A stretch of DNA of 64,000 nt from a virus (Duplodnaviria; Caudoviricetes). Location of the stretch: the IMG/VR virus record IMGVR_UViG_3300020264_000005, positions 30,961 through 94,960 of that record. One strand, given 5' to 3'. A program made the translations under genes and the position numbers. A model generated the notes under the pieces. It saw nothing but the letters and a program-made list of their open reading frames with translations. It ran no database searches and was not told where the DNA came from. Of this stretch, positions 8,127-15,265 are shown piece by piece. The stretch's first letter is position 1, and each line of letters opens with the position of its first letter.

Positions 8127-8342
8127 ATGAACGAAATCACACAGCAACGACCTGCCATGTTCACTATCGAATGTCCCGAGACTGGTGAGACTGAGATGAC
8201 CAGCAACGAAGAGAGAGCATTTGATCTCTGCTACGCAATGAGCGAAGAGGAGACCATGTATGCATGCATACGCGATCAGTTCGGAAATCTGATCGGTGAG
8301 TATGGTAACATCATGGATGCCGTTGATCGCGGTCTGGTCTGA
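8127..8342 (+). CDS. hypothetical early protein (probably leaderless)
   Basis: 71-aa ORF; ATG 6 nt after the -10 box. Confidence 0.75.
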   Translation: MNEITQQRPAMFTIECPETGETEMTSNEERAFDLCYAMSEEETMYACIRDQFGNLIGEYGNIMDAVDRGLV

Positions 8343-8398
8343 CCAGTTGACAAGGTGGCACACAGGGGGTTGCAACTCTCCCCCATGTGCTCTATATT
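8339..8398 (+). promoter_or_regulatory. Early promoter cassette copy 8
   Basis: GACCAGTT-GACA-AGGTGGCACA followed by TTGCAA-N17-TATATT. Confidence 0.8.
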
Positions 8399-8434
8399 AA
8401 AAGAGTCAAACAAATTCACTTCATTTTTCACCAC

Positions 8435-8761
8435 ATGCGTAAGATCGAAGCACTCATGAACACCGCCATCAAGAACAACACTGATTGGCGCATGAGCAAC
8501 ACCCGAGTTGATAACAACGAAGGTGTGTCCACTGTGTACCTGCACAACAACAAAATTGCAGAGATCGGTGATGACTTCGTGAAAATCTTTGATGGCGGTT
8601 GGCAGTCCAACACCACCAAATCTCGCCTCAATGCTATCATTAATGAGTTCTGCAATGGATTCACTGATGGTGTATTTCAAAAGAACTTTGAGTGGTTCGT
8701 CATGGATAACAAAGTTGTGCATGATTTCGTGAATGGTTACACTTTCGCTGAATTCGCTTGA
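8435..8761 (+). CDS. conserved cyanophage early protein (MRKIE...)
   Basis: VYLHNNKIAEIG...DGGWQSNTTKSRLNA..GVFQKNFEWFV; start moved downstream of the promoter. Confidence 0.8.
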   Translation: MRKIEALMNTAIKNNTDWRMSNTRVDNNEGVSTVYLHNNKIAEIGDDFVKIFDGGWQSNTTKSRLNAIINEFCNGFTDGVFQKNFEWFVMDNKVVHDFVNGYTFAEFA

Positions 8762-8768
8762 GTTCACC

Positions 8769-8791
8769 AAGGGGGGCAGATTGTCCCCCTT
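8769..8791 (+). terminator. GC-rich stem-loop after stop codon (probable terminator)
   Basis: AAGGGGGGCA-GAT-TGTCCCCCTT; weak U-tract; second hairpin CCCCACC/GGTGGGG at 8837-8857. Confidence 0.55.
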
Positions 8792-8860
8792 AACTATTAC
8801 AAACCATTCGGCTACTCAATGGCACATTATACCATGCCCCACCTTGAAGTGGTGGGGGAG

Positions 8861-8919
8861 GGGTCTCTTAGTGAAGTGTCACTATTAGACCTGTCATGGA
8901 AGGCAGCTGCCCTTATAAT
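8861..8919 (+). promoter_or_regulatory. Early promoter cassette copy 9
   Basis: AAGTGTCAC at 8874-8882; TATAAT at 8914-8919. Confidence 0.7.
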
Positions 8920-8942
8920 TAGATCAGTTCACACCACAAAGC

Positions 8943-9131
8943 ATGTTCGCAGTTCAACCCGCCATCTTCGCTAACTTTGACGAACACGGGGCAGACTATG
9001 CATCCACCATCGATGATGCATATGCCATCGCCCGTGATATGGGGGAAGACGCCATGATCTGGAAGCTAGGCACACAGAAAGCAATGAAGTGGATTCGTGT
9101 GTCAGTTGACGAAGTGGTCACCACTGCCTAG
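8943..9131 (+). CDS. hypothetical early protein
   Basis: 62-aa ORF after cassette 9. Confidence 0.75.
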   Translation: MFAVQPAIFANFDEHGADYASTIDDAYAIARDMGEDAMIWKLGTQKAMKWIRVSVDEVVTTA

Positions 9132-9157
9132 GCACTGCCCCATTCATCCCCTATAAT
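9097..9157 (+). promoter_or_regulatory. Early promoter cassette copy 10
   Basis: GTGTCAGTT-GACG-AAGTGGTCAC; TATAAT at 9152-9157. Confidence 0.8.
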
Positions 9158-9163
9158 AAGGAC

Positions 9164-9361
9164 ATGAACAACAAACTCACCACATCTGCTGACGGCATCT
9201 TCATGCACAGCGCCAATCCCTCCCCTGTCATGCAGGCAGCAATGGACAGCATCAGAAAACAGATGGCAGCAGAGACAGCATACCGTGAGCGTGTGCGTCA
9301 GGGACTGGAACCCGCCCATGGTGGACAGTGGGGATACTGGAACATCAGTGATCGCCACTGA
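9164..9361 (+). CDS. hypothetical early protein (probably leaderless)
   Basis: Ends WNISDRH; ATG 6 nt after the -10 box. Confidence 0.75.
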   Translation: MNNKLTTSADGIFMHSANPSPVMQAAMDSIRKQMAAETAYRERVRQGLEPAHGGQWGYWNISDRH

Positions 9362-9380
9362 CCCATTCACCCCTTATAAT
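9321..9380 (+). promoter_or_regulatory. Early promoter cassette copy 11
   Basis: GTGGACAGTG-GGA-TACTGGAACA; TATAAT at 9375-9380. Confidence 0.7.
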
Positions 9381-9407
9381 AAACACATACACAACACAGC
9401 AACACAC

Positions 9408-9677
9408 ATGACAGCATCCACCATGACCGAGACCACCACATACAACGGTTGGGCAAACTATGAGACATGGAATGCATCACTCTGGATTGGCAATGATGAG
9501 TTTCTGTATAACACTGCCAAGGCATGTGTAGAGTATGCAGAACTCAACGAATCACCCTATGAGAAGTTCATCCGTTGCATGTTCAACTGTGAGAACTATA
9601 CAACAGGCGATGGCATTCGTTGGGATAATGATAACATCGACCAGACAGAAATGATCGAGATGATGGCAGAACTGTGA
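9408..9677 (+). CDS. conserved phage hypothetical protein (YNGWANYETWN family)
   Basis: YNGWANYETWNASLWIGNDEFLY motif. Confidence 0.8.
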   Translation: MTASTMTETTTYNGWANYETWNASLWIGNDEFLYNTAKACVEYAELNESPYEKFIRCMFNCENYTTGDGIRWDNDNIDQTEMIEMMAEL

Positions 9678-9696
9678 AGCACAGTTAATAACACTT

Positions 9697-9720
9697 AGGG
9701 GCAGTAATATGCCCCTTTTT
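9697..9720 (+). terminator. Rho-independent terminator closing the early cluster
   Basis: AGGGGCA-GTAATA-TGCCCCT followed by TTTT. Confidence 0.8.
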
Positions 9721-9843
9721 ATGTTGGTTAAGGGTCGCCAAGCGGGTTTCTCAAAAAAGTACCTTCTTTCAAACCTACAAACGTTTCCCAGACGGGGCTA
9801 GTTATTGTGTTATAATAAATTTCAGAAACTAAAAAAAATCGCC

Positions 9844-10419
9844 ATGAAAATTTCTCCAACAAAATTCCCGAGGTACACAGTTGACGATGAAGGGAACGTG
9901 TATAGGGATGGGAAGTATTTGAAGAGTCATGATAGGGGGTTACTCACGCAGAACGGTACGAGGTATCAGGCAGTGAATATCAGCATCTATGATGACAACG
10001 GTAAGTTCGTGAGACAGATCAAGTATTATGTGCATCGCTTGGTTGCCGAGGCATTCATCGAGAATCCAGAGGGACTGCCAGAGGTAGACCATATTGATGA
10101 GAATAAGGAGAATAATAATGTAAGTAATCTGAGATGGATTACGAGGAAGGGTAATATGGAAAGGACTGGAAAACCCGAAGGGACTATTATCGAGAAAGCA
10201 GGAAAGGGAGAGGGTAGAAACCCGTCGAGGTACATTAAGAAGGATGGAGAGTGGGTATTGATACCTAGTGATCGCCCAGCATGGAACAAGGGGATGAGGA
10301 GTGGTGCTCCGAATGGGACGTTAAAGCAATTAAAGAATGGACATTGGAAAGTAAAGAAGGATCATGTATGGGTACATGTGAAACAAGCAGAGTATGCCGA
10401 CTACGGTATCAATAAATAA
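9844..10419 (+). mobile_element. Free-standing HNH homing endonuclease gene
   Basis: YVHRLVAEAFIENPEGLPEVDHIDENKENNNVSNLRW (HNH_3 type); own TGnTATAAT promoter at 9808-9816, so ATG 9844 is the likely start. Confidence 0.85.
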
Positions 10420-10475
10420 ATTTGAAAATGGTTTTTTCAAAACCTTGAAACGGAAAAAAATTTCCCAGCAAAAAA

Positions 10476-10727
10476 ATGCCTGAAAAAGTCGATTTTAAAA
10501 ACTACGATGATATCCTTGCAAACTTCGATGCATTCTGTGACGAGTTTGAATCGAAGGCATCGGAAGCATATATGAGAGGTGATCAAAATGATGGAAGAGT
10601 CACGCAAGCAACAGCAGAACATGGAGAAGGTACTCCTGAAGTTGTCAGAGAGATTAGAGAGCCTGGAACAGAGGGTAACCCAGTTGGAGCGCCCTACATT
10701 GATGTACAGGCGTCCAGCATCGAGTGA
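10476..10727 (+). CDS. hypothetical protein (overlaps next ORF)
   Basis: ILANFDAFCDEFESKASEAY helix; first ORF after an ATAAATA late-like site near 10412. Confidence 0.6.
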   Translation: MPEKVDFKNYDDILANFDAFCDEFESKASEAYMRGDQNDGRVTQATAEHGEGTPEVVREIREPGTEGNPVGAPYIDVQASSIE

Positions 10728-10818
10728 TTATGAATCTCTCTCAGATACGTTAGACTATTTGCATAACAACGTGGAAGGCATCAAGAAGGACCTAGCACAC
10801 GTCGCAAGGGTAGTTTAA
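10579..10818 (+). CDS. hypothetical coiled-coil protein
   Basis: LSERLESLEQRVTQLERPTLMYRRP; stop overlaps next start. Confidence 0.7.
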   Translation: MIKMMEESRKQQQNMEKVLLKLSERLESLEQRVTQLERPTLMYRRPASSDYESLSDTLDYLHNNVEGIKKDLAHVARVV

Positions 10819-11741
10819 TGCCAGTAGCACTAGTTGCCACACCAGAGGTCATCACAGGTCCTGCGGGACCGTTTCTGCTGCAGCCTGCGCCACAGGTGCC
10901 ATTGTATCAGGACTCAGTGAGGACTGCACCGAATCCGATCTTGTATGAGAATATTTCTCCTAGTATGACGATCACTGTGCAGGCAACGGGAGGTTGTCCT
11001 TTGCCAGTGTTACCCGAGTTAATCACAAGTGTGTCAATCTTTCCTGGTCAAGCAACCAACAGTGGTACTGGTTGTAATATTACGAAGTTAGTCGATATTG
11101 CTGACAAACCTGTACCGAACTTACCAGACTTTCTGTTACCTAAGTTTGTTGAACCTTACATTCAGTATGGAGCAATTGCAGGACCACCTGCACCTACGAT
11201 GTCCTTAGTAGCGCCTCTGAGGGGTCTGTATGGGGAGAAGTATTTCTATGACTCTGAATACATCTATGCGTCTTACTACCGCAATACGCCGACGTTCGAC
11301 CCCGTAGACGGGAAAGCGCCGATATCTATCAATAAACAAAACAGACTAACATCTATTAACTTGTTAAAAGGCAAGCAGCGAATGCCTTTTGATACGATAC
11401 CAAAAGATATTAGTGAAATTACAACAGATCTATTCACTGGTGAAGCAGAACCGATTAATATTGAGAAGTTAGAACCATTAACAATTGGTCAAGCGATTAC
11501 GACTGGTAGTGATTACATCTATAGTAGTGTACCTGAAGTATCATCATGGGTTAAGTGGCGTCCATCATTTATTGAAGTGATGACGTATTATTACCATGTT
11601 GTGGTAACACATACATGTCCACCATTTGTAACAATATTCCAAGGTAGTATGTTAGTACAGAATAACTGGACACCTGCTGCAAATCGCTTAAGTTACTACA
11701 TAGCATTACAGAACGGATTTTTGGACGATGAAAACCCTTAA
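10818..11741 (+). CDS. hypothetical (probably virion/baseplate-associated) protein
   Basis: 307-aa Pro-rich ORF immediately before PAAR. Confidence 0.7.
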   Translation: MPVALVATPEVITGPAGPFLLQPAPQVPLYQDSVRTAPNPILYENISPSMTITVQATGGCPLPVLPELITSVSIFPGQATNSGTGCNITKLVDIADKPVPNLPDFLLPKFVEPYIQYGAIAGPPAPTMSLVAPLRGLYGEKYFYDSEYIYASYYRNTPTFDPVDGKAPISINKQNRLTSINLLKGKQRMPFDTIPKDISEITTDLFTGEAEPINIEKLEPLTIGQAITTGSDYIYSSVPEVSSWVKWRPSFIEVMTYYYHVVVTHTCPPFVTIFQGSMLVQNNWTPAANRLSYYIALQNGFLDDENP

Positions 11742-12021
11742 ACCAATGAGTCGTTTAGGTGACATTACGACAGGTCACGGTTGTTACGCCCCTAGTGTTG
11801 GTGTAACAGCATCTCCAAATGTAATGGTAAACGGTCTACCTGCTCATAAGGTAGGTGATCCATTCACGCCACACACCTGTGGTAAGGATGTCCACTCAGA
11901 TGTCGCTGCAATCGGTTCTCCAAAGGTCATCATTAATGGATCACCTGCGATGCGTTTAGGGGATGCTCTAGCGCCTCCTGCATTGATGGCAGAGGCATCT
12001 TGGACAGTATTTGCAGCATAA
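11728..12021 (+). CDS. PAAR-domain spike tip protein (T4 gp5.4-like)
   Basis: RLGDITTGHGC..SPNVMVNGLPAHKVGD..H.C...H..INGSPAMRLGD. Confidence 0.9.
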   Translation: MKTLKPMSRLGDITTGHGCYAPSVGVTASPNVMVNGLPAHKVGDPFTPHTCGKDVHSDVAAIGSPKVIINGSPAMRLGDALAPPALMAEASWTVFAA

Positions 12022-12062
12022 GGATTTTGTGGTATAATATAAGAGTCAATTTTGATTAAACA

Positions 12063-12209
12063 ATGGCAAAAGCAAAGGTTGGTATTAGTGGTGGTGCTTT
12101 CGTAGAGAGCAAACCCAAGAAGACTCGTCAAGGAGCGGGTCAGCACACGAAATATGCATCCACGAGTCGTAATAATGCTAGGAAGCGTTATCGTGGTCAG
12201 GGACGATGA
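12063..12209 (+). CDS. small basic conserved protein, 48 aa (MAKAKVG...KRYRGQGR)
   Basis: Manual translation; PKKTRQG..KRYRGQG motif; TATAAT at 12035-12040. Confidence 0.75.
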   Translation: MAKAKVGISGGAFVESKPKKTRQGAGQHTKYASTSRNNARKRYRGQGR

Positions 12210-12889
12210 ATTTAATCTGTAACCTTCCTGCACAAAAAGTATGGGTTCGTAAAGAATACTTGCGAGACCATCAGGACGGTCACGGTGAATTTGTTGAGGG
12301 CGTCTGGGTATCGGCAAAATCGATACCTGGTCGCGCTTTTTATTTTGAGACCTTCCTACCGACATATGGTGCAATGTATGATAAATTGCCCATTAGTGCG
12401 TTTGTATCATCCCCTGAGATCCCTGTCCCTGACTTGGATTTGACGAATTTGCAATTTTGGAATTGCATGGATTATGGTGTGATGTGTATCAACAAAGGTT
12501 TTGTAACTGGTATGGACTGTGAAGTGTATACTAGAGATCATGGTCTAATGAAAGGTCAGTATATCTGCACATTAGACAACTATCATGCAAACCCTGATGT
12601 GATAGATAATAATGTTAGTGAGACTCCTCAGGAGCACAAATCACATAATTGTATTGTTTTGGAGAACGGTCAGTTTGTTTTGTACCCTAATAATAGGACA
12701 CGATTCTACGACTTATCTCTTACGCCCGAAGAACCCTTGACACCCGACTTCAAAGTGAGTACAATAGTGTACCAAGTTGAAAACGGCACTGACTGGGGTC
12801 GTCTTGGGGACACTGATGATTATTTTTGGGAAACTAATGCTGAACGAAAACAACGGACGGAGACCACAAATGGGAAACAGCAGAGTTGA
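12206..12889 (+). CDS. conserved hypothetical protein of T4-like cyanophages
   Basis: WVRKEYL..GAMYDKLPISAF..LQFWNC..EHKSHN..GQFVLYPNNR. Confidence 0.85.
   Translation: MNLICNLPAQKVWVRKEYLRDHQDGHGEFVEGVWVSAKSIPGRAFYFETFLPTYGAMYDKLPISAFVSSPEIPVPDLDLTNLQFWNCMDYGVMCINKGFVTGMDCEVYTRDHGLMKGQYICTLDNYHANPDVIDNNVSETPQEHKSHNCIVLENGQFVLYPNNRTRFYDLSLTPEEPLTPDFKVSTIVYQVENGTDWGRLGDTDDYFWETNAERKQRTETTNGKQQS
12737..12765 (+). promoter_or_regulatory. sigma70-type promoter inside a CDS
   Basis: TTGACA-N17-TACAAT. Confidence 0.6.
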
Positions 12890-13043
12890 CAAGAGCGAAG
12901 ACTTTAGGAAGTCAGGTATGACACTCATCACTGAGGTAGAGAGTGACAAGTATTTGCGTAAAGCAGGTAAGCGGAAAGAGGTACAAGAAGGAGAAATCTT
13001 CGACAACCAAGCGGAGTGGGCGGACGGATTCTGTGGCAAGTGA
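12870..13043 (+). CDS. hypothetical protein, 57 aa (MGNSRVDKS...)
   Basis: GGAG SD before ATG 12870. Confidence 0.65.
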   Translation: MGNSRVDKSEDFRKSGMTLITEVESDKYLRKAGKRKEVQEGEIFDNQAEWADGFCGK

Positions 13044-13072
13044 TAAATAGAAACAGCCAATGCTGTGTCTAG

Positions 13073-13465
13073 ATGCCTTCCTTTCAGACATTTAAAGATC
13101 TGAGCATCACGTTCAAAAAACACCCTGTATCAGACGATCTGGTACAGGTGAAAGATAAGGCAGCTATCATTCAATCGATAACTGCCTTACTTTTGACGAA
13201 TAGGGGAGAAAGACCATTCAAACCAAACCTAGGGTCAGGCATTAGAGAGTCGTTATTTGAACCATTGGATTATGCCACTGGAGGTTTAATCAGAGGACAG
13301 GTTATTGATTGTATCAATAGATACGAACCAAGAATCGAATTAGATAATGTATCAGTTGAACCTGATGAATTAAACAATGGATACAACGTAGAAATCTTCT
13401 TTACTATTGTAGGAAGAGATGACGTACCAGAGGCAGTAGAATTCTTCTTAGAGCGTACACGATAA
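13073..13465 (+). CDS. g25: baseplate wedge subunit gp25
   Basis: LLTNRGERPFKPNLGS..INRYEPRI; late promoter ATAAATA at 13043-13049. Confidence 0.95.
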   Translation: MPSFQTFKDLSITFKKHPVSDDLVQVKDKAAIIQSITALLLTNRGERPFKPNLGSGIRESLFEPLDYATGGLIRGQVIDCINRYEPRIELDNVSVEPDELNNGYNVEIFFTIVGRDDVPEAVEFFLERTR

Positions 13466-15261
13466 TGCCTTATACTCAGGTTGCCAACTTAGATTTTGAA
13501 CAAATCAAAACAGCTCTTAAAGATTACTTAAGAGCACAGTCGGATTTTACTGACTATGACTTCGAGGGTTCTGCATTAGCGACCATCTTAGACACACTCG
13601 CTTATAATACCTATTATACGGCGTTTAACACTAATATGGTAGTCAATGAACTATTCATTGATTCTGCCACCTTGAGAGACAACGTAGTAGCGATTGCGAA
13701 GCAACTAGGGTACAGACCCAAGTCGAAGACCGCACCTACTGCTTATATCTCTTTTGATGTAAATTATAATCAACAAACAACAGACACAGAACTCCTGCTG
13801 AAGAAAGGAACTGGTTTTGTTGCTAACTATGACAATACTTTGTATCGTTATGTTGTATTGAACGATGCAAAGGCACAAGTATCAAATGGTGTTGCATCAT
13901 TCACTGACCTTCCTGTAAAAGAAGGTGCATTGATTACTGACACTTATACTATTAACGGTGCATCGAAGAACCAGAGATTTGTTCTCGATAACCCAAACAT
14001 CGATGCTAATACTGTTTCAGTAAAAGTATTCCCTACTGGTGGTTCATTCAACGAACCATATTTGGTTGCAGATAACATCTTGAATGTAGATGGCAACTCA
14101 AAAATCTTCTTCCTTGACGAGATCGAGGATGACAGATACGAAATCATCATGGGTGATGGCATTCTAGGTAAGAAACTAGAGAATGGTGCTGTCATGGAGG
14201 TGACTTATCTGGTCACTAATGGTCCTGCATCCAATAGTGTACGTACATTTGTCTTCAGCGGTGTCCTAGAGAACACACAAGGCATCACTCCTGCTGGTTT
14301 TAGCACTTCTATCACAAATGTAACACCTGCTGCTGGAGGCGAAGATCAGGAGACTACAGCGAAGATCAAGTTTAATGCTCCTAAGTCATACGGTGCTCAG
14401 GACAGAGCAGTGACTGTAGATGACTACGGTGCTATTGTACGTAATGTATATCCTGCTACTAGTGACATCATTGTATTTGGTGGTGAGGATCAAGAACCAC
14501 CAATGTATGGTAAGGTATTCATTTCATTGAAACCAAAGGATGCAGCGTACCTAACGTCTGTTACTAAGAAGCAAATCATTGCAGATTTGAAGAAGTATGT
14601 TGTTGCATCAGTAGAACCAGTCCTAATCGACCCTTCTATTCTGATCATCGAACTAAATAGCAAGATTTATTACAACAGTTTAATTACAGACAAGACACCT
14701 GCACAGATTAGAGATGCAGTAATTGGTTCTGTACAGTCATACCTTGACACATCTGACACAGAAAAGTTCAACGGTAAGTTTAGACATAGTAAAGTTGCTG
14801 GTGTTATTGACGATACAGATCGTTCAATCAACTCCAACCTTACTGATGTTACAATGAGAAAGGATTTCTATCCTCAACTCAATTCAACTTTCTATTATGA
14901 GATCTGTTTCCAGAATGCATTCGACCTAGAGTGTGATGAATCAGTCCTGTCGTCTACTGGTTTTAGAGTTACTGAGTACCCTAATTTCGATGTTTATATC
15001 GAAGACAGGGGTGGTAAAATTGTCCTATATAGACTAGACTCTTCTACTGGCGAAAAAGTAGTCCTAGACGATAATGTTGGGGATATTGATTATGAAAAAG
15101 GTGAACTTCAAATGTATGATTTGACTATCATTAAAGGTACATATTTCGATAATCGTATTTCAGTAAGAGTAAAGCCTAGGTCTAAAGACGTTAAGGCACT
15201 TCGTGAAGTTTACTTAGATGTAGACGTTGCCAATTCATCGTTCACTGCATACAAAGAGTAG
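13465..15261 (+). CDS. g6: baseplate wedge subunit gp6
   Basis: LDFEQIK..FTDYDFEGS..LAYNTYY; QDRAVTVDDY. Confidence 0.95.
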   Translation: MPYTQVANLDFEQIKTALKDYLRAQSDFTDYDFEGSALATILDTLAYNTYYTAFNTNMVVNELFIDSATLRDNVVAIAKQLGYRPKSKTAPTAYISFDVNYNQQTTDTELLLKKGTGFVANYDNTLYRYVVLNDAKAQVSNGVASFTDLPVKEGALITDTYTINGASKNQRFVLDNPNIDANTVSVKVFPTGGSFNEPYLVADNILNVDGNSKIFFLDEIEDDRYEIIMGDGILGKKLENGAVMEVTYLVTNGPASNSVRTFVFSGVLENTQGITPAGFSTSITNVTPAAGGEDQETTAKIKFNAPKSYGAQDRAVTVDDYGAIVRNVYPATSDIIVFGGEDQEPPMYGKVFISLKPKDAAYLTSVTKKQIIADLKKYVVASVEPVLIDPSILIIELNSKIYYNSLITDKTPAQIRDAVIGSVQSYLDTSDTEKFNGKFRHSKVAGVIDDTDRSINSNLTDVTMRKDFYPQLNSTFYYEICFQNAFDLECDESVLSSTGFRVTEYPNFDVYIEDRGGKIVLYRLDSSTGEKVVLDDNVGDIDYEKGELQMYDLTIIKGTYFDNRISVRVKPRSKDVKALREVYLDVDVANSSFTAYKE

Positions 15262-15265
15262 TTAA

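Noticed and set aside
59-9380. Early-region repeats as a CRISPR array or integron attC sites
   Set aside because: Copies are degenerate, spacing is gene-sized and irregular, each is tied to a -10 box, and no cas or integrase gene is in the window.
13073-13465. Lysozyme activity for gp25
   Set aside because: This is a legacy family label; the protein is a structural sheath-initiation subunit with no catalytic motif visible.
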